64,000 nt of DNA. It comes from an uncultured Methanocellaceae archaeon (lineage in GTDB: Archaea > Halobacteriota > UBA148). This document shows positions 39,604 to 50,197 of the stretch, one piece after another. The notes beneath the pieces were generated by a model. That model did not search any database and was not told the origin of the DNA. It worked only from the letters and a program-made list of their open reading frames with translations. The position numbers were made by a program, and so were the translations under genes. Numbering within the stretch: position 1 is the stretch's first letter; every line of letters begins with the position of its first letter. The stretch lies in contig CAYZWV010000001.1 of NCBI GenBank assembly GCA_964482255.1, positions 3,229-67,228 of the forward strand. Reading direction: 5' to 3'.

Positions 39604-40977
39604 ATGATGATGCAGAAGGCAGCAGAATGTGCAGAAGCTATCAAAAAACACAATCATGCACTCGTGATTTCGCACATAGATGCCGATGGCTTGACATCGG
39701 CTGCAGTCATATGCAAGGCTCTAGATCGAGATGGAATAGAATACGAGACCAGATTTTTGAAGAAACTGGATTCGCCAGCATTGAATGAAATTGCAGATCT
39801 TAATGCAGAGTTGACTATCTTTACCGATCTTGGGTCCAGTATGGTAGACGAGATTAGTAAACTGCAATCTGAGGTCATAATCGCTGATCATCACCAGCCC
39901 CAAAAAAACCAACATAAGTATCACCTCAACCCCCATTTATTTGGCATCAACGGCACCAATGAGCTGAGCGGCTCTGGAACTACTTACCTGATCGCCAAAG
40001 AAATGGGGTCTAATCGCGATCTTGCTGACTTAGCGATCGTAGGCGCTATTGGAGATATGCAGGGTATGAAAGACGGAAGATTAGTCGGACTGAACCGCAG
40101 CATAATGCTTGAAGGCGTCGATGCTGGCCTGCTTTCATTTGAAACCGATATTCGGCTTTTCGGACGTCAGACTAGACCGATACACAAACTGCTAGAATAT
40201 TGTACGGATCCATACATACCTGGTATAACCGGTGACAAGGGGGGTTGCATCAAATTCCTTCGCAACCTAGGAATCGAACTCAACGATGGAAATTGGCGCA
40301 GGTGGATCGATCTAGATAGAGAGGAAAAAAAACTGATCGTTTCCGAGATGATTCAACTATGTTTGACTAGGAATATACCTGCATACAAAGTGCAACACTT
40401 GGTAGGGGAGGTATATACCTTACTAAAAGAGAAAGAGGGGACAGAGCTGAGAGATGCATCAGAATATTCCACGTTATTGAACGCTACAGCGCGCTACGAT
40501 CATGCAGAAGTAGGGCTTGCAGTTTGTATGGGAGATAGAGGGATAGCATATGCACACGCTCGCAACCTATTGAATCAACATAGAAAGAACTTGGCTGAGG
40601 GACTGAAGTTGGTCAAGGAACAGGGGGTCATAGCACTCAAAAATCTTCAATATTTCCATGCAGGGGATAGCATACGTGAGACCATCGTTGGTATTATCGC
40701 AGGTATGAGTGCCAGCATAGGAGGAATAAATCGTAATCTCCCCATAATCGCATTTGCTGAGTCTGATGGAGATATAAAGGTATCCGCTAGGGGCACACAA
40801 GATCTGCTTCATAGAGGATTGAACCTAGCAGTTGCACTTCATGAATCCGCTAAAGAAGTGGGAGGCATCGGAGGAGGACATGACATAGCAGCAGGGGCAA
40901 AGATTCCTAGAGGATCTGAAGAAGAGTTTTTGACAATCTTGGATGCAAAGATCGGAGCGCAGTTAAAAAGGAATTAA
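39604..40977 (+). CDS. DHH/DHHA1 phosphoesterase, archaeal RecJ-like / GAN (Cdc45-like) nuclease
   Basis: HIDADGLTS (DHH motif I), IIADHHQP (motif III), and DHHA1 C-terminal GGGH (GGIGGGHDIAAG). Confidence 0.7.
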   Translation: MMMQKAAECAEAIKKHNHALVISHIDADGLTSAAVICKALDRDGIEYETRFLKKLDSPALNEIADLNAELTIFTDLGSSMVDEISKLQSEVIIADHHQPQKNQHKYHLNPHLFGINGTNELSGSGTTYLIAKEMGSNRDLADLAIVGAIGDMQGMKDGRLVGLNRSIMLEGVDAGLLSFETDIRLFGRQTRPIHKLLEYCTDPYIPGITGDKGGCIKFLRNLGIELNDGNWRRWIDLDREEKKLIVSEMIQLCLTRNIPAYKVQHLVGEVYTLLKEKEGTELRDASEYSTLLNATARYDHAEVGLAVCMGDRGIAYAHARNLLNQHRKNLAEGLKLVKEQGVIALKNLQYFHAGDSIRETIVGIIAGMSASIGGINRNLPIIAFAESDGDIKVSARGTQDLLHRGLNLAVALHESAKEVGGIGGGHDIAAGAKIPRGSEEEFLTILDAKIGAQLKRN

Positions 40978-41309
40978 TGATTGAACTCAGTCAAAGACAG
41001 TGCACAGTGTTACCCCGTGAATATAATTTATTATTCTTCGTACATCGTGGTCATAAGAATTGTAAAAATATTTCGACCCGTTAAAATCACTTAGAATAAC
41101 TTTATGGCGATTTTTTTTCGCCAACTTCATATTTGTTTTTCACTCTAAATAGATGACCTATCTGTTATCGATTCCAGAGTATGAATTGGGTTTTGAAAAC
41201 TGCCATACTACTTTACATGCACCATTTTGGCATCTGTATTTGCTATTCGCCACTTTATATCCCATGTAAGATGTTTTATTCATATATACTAAAGAGACAT
41301 AATGAAAAG

Positions 41310-41585
41310 ATGTTCAGATCAAAACGTCCGAGGGAGCTATTGAACGAGATAAAATGGCGTGACCTAGATCTCTCAAGATGCGAGATTTACTATGTTCATA
41401 GGGGAGCTCCTAACGACACGAAGATACTTCGTGGGGATAAGATAGAGGGGATAGGGGGCTCATTCCTCACTTTTAAAAGGGCTAACGCCCCTCATGATTC
41501 TGAAGGGAGAGCCCCTTTGATCATGATACCATATCACAGGGTCTTTCGAATAACGTATGAAGGACAAACGATCTATGAAAGATGA
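41310..41585 (+). CDS. Small protein, DUF504/UPF0248-like
   Basis: ELLNEIKWRD...IPYHRVFRITYEGQTIYER resembles the archaeal UPF0248 family. Start chosen at the internal ATG; the upstream part of the six-frame ORF is Cys/aromatic-rich and looks non-coding. Confidence 0.42.
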   Translation: MFRSKRPRELLNEIKWRDLDLSRCEIYYVHRGAPNDTKILRGDKIEGIGGSFLTFKRANAPHDSEGRAPLIMIPYHRVFRITYEGQTIYER

Positions 41586-41819
41586 CAAGTCGTATGATTA
41601 AACTTTCAAATAAACCTTTCTTAGTCCTCGCAGTCCAGGTATATTCTGTTGAAATCTATCTTTTATAGGAGACTTGAATTTATATGAACTGTTTTTTTGC
41701 TAGTTTAATAACTAAAATCTAGAGATATTATCCCTTATTTTTACAGGGGTGTGGCCAGATTTTATTTGATACAGTTCTTCCCCTTCTTTGCTGTATTTTT
41801 AATTAAAATTGTTTAAAAA

Positions 41820-41838
41820 ATTGCTTAAATTAAGCAAT
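41820..41838. promoter_or_regulatory. Perfect palindrome ATTGCTTAA-A-TTAAGCAAT upstream of orphan ORF 42017
   Basis: 9-nt inverted repeat with 1-nt centre, inside an AT-rich 430-bp intergenic region. Confidence 0.3.
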
Positions 41839-42016
41839 ATTATTATCAGTTAACTATATAATTAGGTCTACACCTAAAACCCGGTTAGCTACAACGAATC
41901 ATTAGCTCCAATGCCATTAGAGCCAATGAACTTCAAAAAAGAGCGCCGAGTGTGGGGCGCTATACAAGATTAGACCTTGCTGAAAGGTCAATACCCAAAT
42001 AAAAAGGAGGTAAAAA

Positions 42017-42325
42017 ATGGCAACAGAGGTAAAGAAGTACCATATTTTATTCTACGGCAGTCCACAAGGTTATCAGACAAACCGTGCCCAGATAGCTTTG
42101 TATAACAACCAAAACAAAACAGTGGCGTATATAAGATTCAACGACCCAGGAATGCTCTTTGAAAATGATTCCCAAAGTGGCGGCATTATCAAAATGCACC
42201 TACCATCTGCTATGTTTCAGAATGTGTTAGATGTTTTGCGGAATGAAAAACCAGTGTACATTTATTTTGCTCAAGGAAGAGGATTCCTATCTACATCTAA
42301 AGAACCAGTTGGAGAAGGCGAGTAG
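42017..42325 (+). CDS. Hypothetical 102-aa protein (orphan)
   Basis: Strong SD aaaaaggaggtaaaaa-ATG. Balanced composition (MATEVKKYHILFYGSPQGYQTNRAQIALYNNQ...). No family recognised. Confidence 0.4.
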   Translation: MATEVKKYHILFYGSPQGYQTNRAQIALYNNQNKTVAYIRFNDPGMLFENDSQSGGIIKMHLPSAMFQNVLDVLRNEKPVYIYFAQGRGFLSTSKEPVGEGE

Positions 42326-42532
42326 TAAAAGCAACATAATATATAGGGAGAAGTAAATCTTCTCTATCCTCTCTTTTTTATTTTTAATTTTTTTCTAAGA
42401 ACATTCTTGTGCGATATTGGCGATTAGCTCCTTAATGACGTCTCTTCTATTTTTTTTGTGACAGAGCAAGTGGCATTTATCATGACATGATAACACAGAC
42501 GATGCCCTCACTAAAATAAATAAAATCAAGGA

Positions 42533-43438
42533 TTAACTACTTTCTTTGATTAAAACCGAGAAATACGTGAACATAAACGTTTCAAATATTATGCAAACAG
42601 CCGATGGTATGGTTGCCCTAACTCCAAACAGAATCAGAGCGATTGTTGCAGAAAGACCTAAATTCTTGTAAGAGCCAAAAAGTGTATATGTGACTTTTCT
42701 CTCAAGTGGTACATTAAGCATTCCGCTGATTTTATACACAAGTGTTCCAGAAAAAAAAGTTCTCATGAATGCTATGATCGATAAAATTAGCAAAATCCTT
42801 GATTCATGCAAAAGTATGTCCCGGTTAAGACCGATTACCACGTATAATACTATAAAGAATCCCAGGTTTATCAGGATATTTTTGTCCCCCTTCATTTTTT
42901 CGTAGTAAGTAGTTCTGCTGATGAACTTTGAGAGAAGTAAAGGGAGTATGATGAGCTCTATTAATATCATCAGTATCTGTATTGGTTCGAAGGCGCTCGA
43001 TCCTAGTGAAAGGATGAGGATGGCGGGCACCAAAAGGACGGAAAAAATGTAGATCGATGCATTCGCTATCAACGCCAGGCGCGTATCCCCTTTCAAAAGA
43101 GTGCTCAATGGTACGATCGCAATGGCTGGCGGTATGGCAGCCATTACTACAAATCCTCTGAAAATATCTACATCTTTGATTAGCAAGATTGTAAGCACAA
43201 GGATTATGCCAGATAGAAAGACATAGTTTAACATAAGTGCCATAGCTATGGATTTTATATGTGCCCTTATGTACAGTCCTCTCAGCTTAACCTCTGTTAG
43301 AGAGAAAGTCATGAGAAGTATTAGGGCCAGAACTAGGTACTGTTCCAGATAAGCAGCCAAATTAGGATAAACAAATGCTATTAAAGTCGCAAGCAAGAAC
43401 ATGAAGACCGTGTTTTTTAGTGCCTTTTTGAACATCAA
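42533..43438 (-). CDS. Polytopic membrane transporter (AEC/BASS-like, family uncertain)
   Basis: 301 aa, about 9-10 TM segments. No soluble domains. Confidence 0.45.
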   Translation of the reverse strand: MMFKKALKNTVFMFLLATLIAFVYPNLAAYLEQYLVLALILLMTFSLTEVKLRGLYIRAHIKSIAMALMLNYVFLSGIILVLTILLIKDVDIFRGFVVMAAIPPAIAIVPLSTLLKGDTRLALIANASIYIFSVLLVPAILILSLGSSAFEPIQILMILIELIILPLLLSKFISRTTYYEKMKGDKNILINLGFFIVLYVVIGLNRDILLHESRILLILSIIAFMRTFFSGTLVYKISGMLNVPLERKVTYTLFGSYKNLGLSATIALILFGVRATIPSAVCIIFETFMFTYFSVLIKESS

Positions 43439-43547
43439 AAATAAAAGAAGCTATTAGATATATATTATATTTATTCAATATGTATCCAGAGATCAAAAAG
43501 GAGTCTATGTTCACCTTGGAATTTAAGAGTCTTCGTTAAATCTTGAT

Positions 43548-43662
43548 CGGACCTGCTGGGATTTGAACCCAGGTCCTTGGGTGTCTTCCCTGCGGTTTCA
43601 AAAAAGGGTGAAACCCCTTAGCGTCCGAAGCCCAAGAGGATAGTCCACTACCCTACAAGTCC
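43548..43662 (-). tRNA. tRNA with ~42-nt anticodon-loop intron; anticodon most likely TCG (Arg)
   Basis: Reverse complement folds as acceptor GGACTTG/CAGGTCC, D-arm GGGT-AGTGGACT-ATCC, anticodon stem (C)TTGGG/CCCAA(G), loop CTTCGG^A with intron after position 37, T-arm CTGGG-TTCAAAT-CCCAG. No encoded CCA. Confidence 0.65.
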
Positions 43663-43716
43663 ATAGGAAACCTCATTCAAAAGATATTAAATCTTTCCTA
43701 AACAAAGGTAGTTATT

Positions 43717-44157
43717 ATGTTATTATCAGCCAAAGAGATCAGGGATAGGGTAAGGATAGGGAACCTAGTCATCGAACCTTTTAGAGGGGCTTCAATTCAA
43801 CCTGCTTCGTATGATCTTTCGATTAAGCAGGATGTACGCATACCATCGAAAGCGATGAGACTAGTGGCTTCACTTGAGAGGGTTGAGATGCCCTTTGATG
43901 TGGCAGGAATAATCCGCACCAGGTCTTCATATGCACGAAAAGGTCTCATACTAGGCGGAGGCATCGTAGATCCAGGATTTAGAGGCAACTTGACACTTTG
44001 TCTGACAAACGTTAGCGATGAAGAGATCATATTGGAGCATGGAGAACAAATAGTACAGATGCTCTTTCTATTGGTGATATCCCCTGCTGAAACGTATGAG
44101 GGAAGATATCAGGACTCTGAAGGGGTTGTCGGATCAAGATTAAAACACAATCATTAG
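43717..44157 (+). CDS. dcd: dCTP deaminase (short form)
   Basis: SYDL motif and GGGIVDPGFRGNLTL signature of the dCTP deaminase/dUTPase fold. Confidence 0.8.
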   Translation: MLLSAKEIRDRVRIGNLVIEPFRGASIQPASYDLSIKQDVRIPSKAMRLVASLERVEMPFDVAGIIRTRSSYARKGLILGGGIVDPGFRGNLTLCLTNVSDEEIILEHGEQIVQMLFLLVISPAETYEGRYQDSEGVVGSRLKHNH

Positions 44158-44449
44158 TTTATATTTTTAATGCTTCAGATTATGCTTCTTTCTTTTTAGA
44201 CGTTACCTCCTAGGAACATGTAAAAATGTTAAAAGGACGGAGTTCATGAGGCAATTTTGGAAAAGGTTTAGATAAAATTTGCAGTTATGGTATCTCTACA
44301 CTCCACCCTAAATTTTTCTCCTGAGTATAGGGAGTCTGAAGTTATTTAGGAGTATGATATTCAGATTAAAAGAAGACTATCCCTTAGTAAGTAGAATCAC
44401 TTTTTCATTAGACGTTAATTTTAATAATTTGAAGATATATGGGATGGCT

Positions 44450-45514
44450 AATGGAGCTTATTTGGAATGAAAAAACATGAAATGGAATATTTTTTTGATT
44501 TTGATTTTAGCATTGAGCATGCTAACCGTAACGTTTTCAGGATGTGTATCTCCTCCTGAGCCAACATCTACACCCATCATGCCTACACGAACACCACCTG
44601 CATTACCCACAAAAGCACCCACTCCAATACCAACACCACCTCCAGTTCCTGCACCAACGCCAACGCCAGAGGCTAAAGTCACCGGAGCCGTAACTTATCG
44701 GGAGAGAATAGCGCTTCCCGCAGGCGCCATCGTTGAAGTCAAACTCCTTGACATCTCCAAGCAAGATGCTCCTGCTGTGATAATTGGAGAACAGGTTATC
44801 GCAACCACCGGACAGCAAGTCCCCTTCTCGTTTGAAATCAAATACGATTCAACCACCATTGACCCCCGTTACACCTACGCCGTTCGGGCAACCATTACAG
44901 TTGATGGGAAGCTCTGGTTCACCAGTGATACAACATACCCTGTTATTACCAGGGGCAATCCGTCTACGGTTGAGATGGTTTTAAAGAATGTAAGGGCATC
45001 GCCACCTTCAACCCCAACACCCACACCCACACCTACATCCCCTCAAAAATCTTGGCATAACGTTACCACCATCTCAGGACGAGGGAGCCTAAGTACAGAA
45101 CCATTTATGATTAACGAGGATGAATGGCGAATTCGTTGGAGTTTTACCATGGATCCAACATGCCCTCCATATGCACGTTTCTTTTTTACCATATATCCGG
45201 AAGGTGAGTACATCGAAGCAGGAAGATACGTGCGTCATATAGAAAATATGACGATAGTACCCCACCCTCTTGGTGGTAACAGTACGATATACAGCGGTAC
45301 TACCTACATCCACCAAGGTCATGATAGCTTCTACGTGAAGATGGAATCATCTATGCAATCATGGGAGCTCGAAATAGAAGAATATCGTTGATTTCAATCC
45401 CATAGGCAAAACACAAAGTGCCATCATTATCTGATGCAATGCTGCTGACTGCAATACATAAAAAACATATCTTCATACCCTTTACATATAAAAAAGTTGG
45501 AAAAAACCATGAAT
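44450..45514. repeat. Direct repeat copy A (~1065 bp), identical to 55835-56900 apart from a homopolymer-length difference
   Basis: All six-frame ORFs in both copies are identical. Boundaries were found by reading both flanks. A6 at 44465-44470 against A7 in copy B. Confidence 0.85.
44477..45391 (+). CDS. Lipoprotein with YbaY-like domain and unknown Cys-containing C-terminal domain (copy 1)
   Basis: Signal peptide ending in lipobox-like FSGC. Pro/Thr-rich linker. VTGAVTYRERIALPAGAIVEVKLLDIS...VDGKLWFTSDTTYPVITRG matches the YbaY lipoprotein family. A second PT linker, then a 120-aa domain of unknown function. Confidence 0.68.
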   Translation: MKWNIFLILILALSMLTVTFSGCVSPPEPTSTPIMPTRTPPALPTKAPTPIPTPPPVPAPTPTPEAKVTGAVTYRERIALPAGAIVEVKLLDISKQDAPAVIIGEQVIATTGQQVPFSFEIKYDSTTIDPRYTYAVRATITVDGKLWFTSDTTYPVITRGNPSTVEMVLKNVRASPPSTPTPTPTPTSPQKSWHNVTTISGRGSLSTEPFMINEDEWRIRWSFTMDPTCPPYARFFFTIYPEGEYIEAGRYVRHIENMTIVPHPLGGNSTIYSGTTYIHQGHDSFYVKMESSMQSWELEIEEYR

Positions 45515-45860
45515 ATGCTAATCCATCTACTGTAGGATTATATTGGACTAAATTATCTTCAACAATTCATTTTCAACAGAAAACTTTCAACTAAAAGAGT
45601 GTTCTTTCTTTCGAAAAAGAGAAGTCCATATTTAACTAATATATTCAACTATCATAACTGTAAAAAGGTTTTTTAAGCAGTCGTGAATGAATTTTGGGAT
45701 AAGTAATAAAGTTGTCTTTCATTTTCTAAGACATGCTTCTTCCAATATGTCTTTTCTGTGAATTTATTTTGTTGCCCAATTTTCAAATTTTAGTGGCGAT
45801 ATTTTGGCTTAGGTTTAGACCGCCAAAGTATTTATACTGAAAAATACATAACCGCCTAAC

Positions 45861-46745
45861 GTGGTAGAAGATATTGGCAGTATAATAAGTAACGGATTTG
45901 AAACATGGCAGAAGAATTTGAATATCTGTCTTCCATTTGTGTTCGATTTGGTAATATCCTCTGCATTGACACTTATAATTTTAGGTAGCGCTATCCTAGC
46001 GACGATTCCATCATTTGTCCCGTATCTAACAAACCCACCTGATGAAATATCACCTTACCTTATCTCACAGCTTCTACCTCAAATCCTTCGAAGCCTGAGC
46101 ATAATTATAACTGCTGTTATAATTGCAATAATCTTAGGGTTATTGGTGAGTTCGTTTTTCACTGCAGGTGCAATTGGCATGGCTAAAGAGGCCATAAAAA
46201 ATGGTCGAACAAATCTCTCGGACATGAAAGATTACGGAAGCAGAAAGTTCATAGATGTATTATTTGCTAACTTAATCATTGGTTTGATAGCTTTTGCAGG
46301 TGTTATTTTCATTATTCCTGGTTTTTTATCTTTTTGGGATGTGATTATATCTGGAATAAACCTGCCAACAGCTGAGGTTTTACCTTTAGTGGCAATATTT
46401 GGATTGGGATTTTTGGCTATGGGCATTTATGTTGTGATTATTAGTATAATTTTTGCACCATCACTGTATGCCATCGTTATAGATGACCTTGGAGCAGTAG
46501 AGGGCGTGAAAAAAGGCTTTAGATTCTTTATGGACAACAAAGTTGATGTCTTTTTGATCTGGCTTATCGTGTTTGCGATAACGGCAGTTTCAATTTTTGT
46601 TGGTTCTATACCGTATATTGGATGGATAATAAGAATAGGAATATCAGTTATCATAATTTACCCCTTGGCAGTTATATGGTGGAGCAGTTTATACCTTGAT
46701 ATTCCAATAAGTGTCGGATCGGATGAATTAGTTAAACAGACTTAG
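45861..46745 (+). CDS. Polytopic membrane protein of unknown function
   Basis: 294 aa, 6-7 TM. Annotated start is non-ATG (GTG) in the six-frame track. No family recognised. Confidence 0.45.
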   Translation: MVEDIGSIISNGFETWQKNLNICLPFVFDLVISSALTLIILGSAILATIPSFVPYLTNPPDEISPYLISQLLPQILRSLSIIITAVIIAIILGLLVSSFFTAGAIGMAKEAIKNGRTNLSDMKDYGSRKFIDVLFANLIIGLIAFAGVIFIIPGFLSFWDVIISGINLPTAEVLPLVAIFGLGFLAMGIYVVIISIIFAPSLYAIVIDDLGAVEGVKKGFRFFMDNKVDVFLIWLIVFAITAVSIFVGSIPYIGWIIRIGISVIIIYPLAVIWWSSLYLDIPISVGSDELVKQT

Positions 46746-46865
46746 ATAACCCTATGTATGAAGGTCTCATCCAAGAGTTCGTAGGATGCGCCCTCTTTTC
46801 AAAACGGAGGTAGAGGTTTTAGGCTCTTAAATACTGGAAAGGTCAGATAGAATTTAGGTTATTGA

Positions 46866-47398
46866 ATGAAAAATTTAAATATATTTTTAGATAGTTGCAT
46901 AATAAATTATATTCTTGATCTTGATGATGAACCTAGGTCAGGTTCCACGCATGATGAAGAGGATAAACGGTACCTTGGCAAAATATTAAATTCATACCAG
47001 AAAGAAGGTAAAATCAAATTTTTTGTAAACCCGTTCATAAAAACAGAAATAAATAAAACCAATGATAGTTCACGCAGAGATAAGTTATTGCAAGTTTTTA
47101 ATCAATATGATTTTATAGAGTTTAATGCAACATTTTTCCATGGACTTTCCCTGTGATTTTACTTTCTAAGGAACAAGCTGAAATTTTGGATAAAATTTGT
47201 GATTATCCTAGCTTAAGGAAAGATAAAAAAATTATTGCCGATGCAGCGTTTTGCGAGAGCATAGACATTTTGTTAACTACGGATAGAAATCATTTAGCAA
47301 ATAAAGAGTTCAATCTTCAAGCATCAAAAATACTTGACTTGAAAATATTTACTCCTAAAGAATTATTCGAATATATCTCAAAAAACTTAAATATATAA
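46866..47398 (+). pseudogene. PIN-domain nuclease gene disrupted by a frameshift (two ORFs: 46866-47156 and 47153-47398)
   Basis: N-terminal ORF carries the PIN first acidic motif (IFLDSCIINY). The second ORF, in a different frame, carries the distal motifs (IADAAF, LLTTDRNHL). The ORFs overlap at 47153-47156. Confidence 0.5.
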
Positions 47399-47447
47399 CT
47401 CCCTAAAATCAAAATGAGCGACTAAGCTTAAAGGGAGGTGACAGATT

Positions 47448-47795
47448 ATGGACGAAGAATCTGGCGAGCCGAAACAGCTATTCATTTACGAGCGCGATGC
47501 AAGTCGTTTAGAGCTTTTCATTAGAATCGTTTATACTATTGCTATTTACATCGTATTAGTGGTGTACGGATTTATTGCTGAGATATGCATGGCTATTCAG
47601 TGGTTTGTGATATTGATACTCGGACGCAGAAGCGAGGGATTGGCTCTGTTTATCAAGGGATACATTGAATATGTTGTGCATGTGATAGGCTATGTCTACT
47701 GGATGACGGACAAGCGACCTGGGATAATGCCAAAGAAGGTTGAGATATACGAAAAAGAATATATGATCATATTCAAAGAAAATACCGATCAATAA
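47448..47795 (+). CDS. DUF4389-like small membrane protein
   Basis: Two TM helices flank a conserved core (IQWFVILILGRRSEGLALFIKGYIEYVVHVIGYVYWMTD), reminiscent of DUF4389. Confidence 0.45.
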   Translation: MDEESGEPKQLFIYERDASRLELFIRIVYTIAIYIVLVVYGFIAEICMAIQWFVILILGRRSEGLALFIKGYIEYVVHVIGYVYWMTDKRPGIMPKKVEIYEKEYMIIFKENTDQ

Positions 47796-48172
47796 CTAGC
47801 CATATATAGCAATTTAGTGAAAATTTGGCAAAAGGAATGCATATGCCAAACGCAAAGTAAAGTTAGTTGGTACACTAACAATTAATTTATTTTGAAATGG
47901 ATATTTAGGGTATATTTGATAGTTTTCGATCCTACCATACTAGGTAGGGGGATTTATTTTATCCAGCGCGCTATATGAGATACGCGGAAGAAGTTGGTTA
48001 AGTAAGTATGGTTTCTGTAAGACGATGTTTGAGTGCCCATGGCTACATCGTTTGGTTCACTTCATTATAAGGTAAGTCGAAATTAATTGTTTGTTCCGGA
48101 TTTTCATACGAGTAATAGGAAACCTTAATCTCTCCCATCTATAAACATATGCTCTGAGGGTGAGTTGTCACC

Positions 48173-49432
48173 ATGAAAAAGTGGGTTCTATTAATCTTTC
48201 TGACGCTGCTTCTGACTTCAAGCATTGCAGGTGCAGCAAACGAGAAGTTGTATATCATTGAGATTGAGGGAATGGTAACTGCAGGCACCGCTCTTCGTGT
48301 GGAGAACGGGATAGATGAAGCAGCACGCATGGGCGCATCTGCGGTGTTAATCAGGCTTGATACACCAGGGGGACTGGTAGACGCAACGATGGACATAGTA
48401 AGATCCATAGACAATTCTCCTATCCAAGTGATAACCTATGTCTCGCCCGAGGGTGCCATCGCTGCATCGGCGGGAACATATATTCTACTTTCAGGGGATG
48501 TGGCAGCGATGTCGCCAGGAACTACATGTGGTGCTTGCATGCCTGTGACATCCGATCCACTGGGTGAGACAAAGCCGGCCGATGAGAAAACGATAAATTT
48601 TCTGACAGCATATATCCGAAGCATAGCTGAAGAAGAGGGGCGACCGGTTGACATCGCAGAGAGATTTGTCACTGAGAATTTGGCTATAACATCTAGTGAG
48701 GCAATGGAAAAAGGTGTTATCGATATAATTGCGGAAGACGTTCCGGACCTACTTGATCAAATGGATCTGTCAGGTGCTGAAATATATACTCAAGAGGGGA
48801 AGCTACGTGATGGTGTCATCGATCTGCTCAGCAACCCACAAATAGCCTTCATGTTGCTCCTGGTGGGAATATATGGAATTATGTTTGGTTTCATGTCGCC
48901 TGGAACATATGTGCCAGAGACAATAGGTGCTATCTGCCTCATCTTGGCATTGTACGGTCTTGGAACTTTCGATATCGGCGCATTTGGCATAATCTTAATC
49001 ATCGCTGCAGTTACACTATTCATCGCAGAGGCTCTAACGCCCACCTATGGTATTTTAACATTAGGGGGCGTCATTTGCCTCATACTGGGGGCTCTTATGC
49101 TACCACAAGAGCCTTTGCTTTCAGAAGGATGGTTCAGAACGTTCCGATTGGTCGTGATTGGTATGGCTAGCGCCTCTGCAGCATTTTTCATATTTGGAGT
49201 TAGTGCTGTGGTCAAAACGAGGAAGATGAAGCCTACAACTGGTTCAGAAGGTCTGATCGGGTTGACAGGTAAAGCATATTCCAAAATAGGCCCCACGGGC
49301 ATCGTTAAGATAAAAGGCGAGATATGGAGTGTGGAATCTACAGAACAGATCAAGAAAGGGGAAAAAGTAGAGGTTATCGATCGAAGAGGATTAACTTTAA
49401 TAGTCAGAAAAATCAATGTTGAAAGTGATTGA
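48173..49432 (+). CDS. NfeD-like membrane-anchored ClpP-class serine protease (stomatin operon partner)
   Basis: Signal peptide, ClpP-like domain ([13 protein letters not shown]...[19 protein letters not shown]), TM region, C-terminal OB-fold. Overlaps the stomatin gene start. Confidence 0.8.
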   Translation: MKKWVLLIFLTLLLTSSIAGAANEKLYIIEIEGMVTAGTALRVENGIDEAARMGASAVLIRLDTPGGLVDATMDIVRSIDNSPIQVITYVSPEGAIAASAGTYILLSGDVAAMSPGTTCGACMPVTSDPLGETKPADEKTINFLTAYIRSIAEEEGRPVDIAERFVTENLAITSSEAMEKGVIDIIAEDVPDLLDQMDLSGAEIYTQEGKLRDGVIDLLSNPQIAFMLLLVGIYGIMFGFMSPGTYVPETIGAICLILALYGLGTFDIGAFGIILIIAAVTLFIAEALTPTYGILTLGGVICLILGALMLPQEPLLSEGWFRTFRLVVIGMASASAAFFIFGVSAVVKTRKMKPTTGSEGLIGLTGKAYSKIGPTGIVKIKGEIWSVESTEQIKKGEKVEVIDRRGLTLIVRKINVESD

Positions 49433-50192
49433 AATGCCTGGGCTCGAAGTAGTAATATACGGCATCGTACTTTTATTGCTGTTGTTTTTATCCTCAGCTA
49501 TCAAGATCGTGAAAGAATATGAGAGAGGAGTGATATTCAGGTTGGGCAGGCTCGTGGGTGCAAGAGGTCCAGGTCTGTTTTTCGTTATACCCATATTTGA
49601 GGCGATGGTTAGGACTGACTTAAGAACGGTAACTTTTGACGTTCCGCCGCAAGAAGTGATAACAAAGGACAATGTCACCACAAGAGTAAATGCGGTTGTT
49701 TATTACAGAATAATGGATCCTGAGAAAGCTGTCACAGAGGTGGAGAGCTACCATTATGCGACATCTCAGATGGCGGTGACAACGCTTAGAGGCGTGATAG
49801 GTCAAGCTGAATTGGATGAGCTGCTATCAGAGAGGGAGAAGCTGAATAAGCGATTACAGACTATTGTCGACGAGGCGACGGACCCATGGGGAATCAAGGT
49901 CACCGCGGTCGAGATAAAAGATGTCGAGTTGCCACAAGAAATGAGGAGAGCGATGGCATCTCAGGCAGAGGCAGAGAGAAACAGAAGAGCGAGGATAACC
50001 CATGCCGAAGGAGAGATGCAGGCTGCTCAAAAAGTGGCAGAGGCAGCTAAAATACTGAATGAACAAGAAGGTGGCTTGTTCATAAGAACTTTGCAGACAA
50101 TAGCAGACGCCACATCAGAAAAGGCTACAACAGTTGTGATTCCATTGCCAATAGAACTCATGAAGGTACTGGGGACTAAAAAAGAAAAATGA
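49416..50192 (+). CDS. Stomatin/prohibitin-family (SPFH/band 7) protein
   Basis: SPFH domain ([15 protein letters not shown]...) plus a coiled-coil C-terminus. Confidence 0.9.
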   Translation: MLKVIEMPGLEVVIYGIVLLLLLFLSSAIKIVKEYERGVIFRLGRLVGARGPGLFFVIPIFEAMVRTDLRTVTFDVPPQEVITKDNVTTRVNAVVYYRIMDPEKAVTEVESYHYATSQMAVTTLRGVIGQAELDELLSEREKLNKRLQTIVDEATDPWGIKVTAVEIKDVELPQEMRRAMASQAEAERNRRARITHAEGEMQAAQKVAEAAKILNEQEGGLFIRTLQTIADATSEKATTVVIPLPIELMKVLGTKKEK

Positions 50193-50197
50193 ACTGG

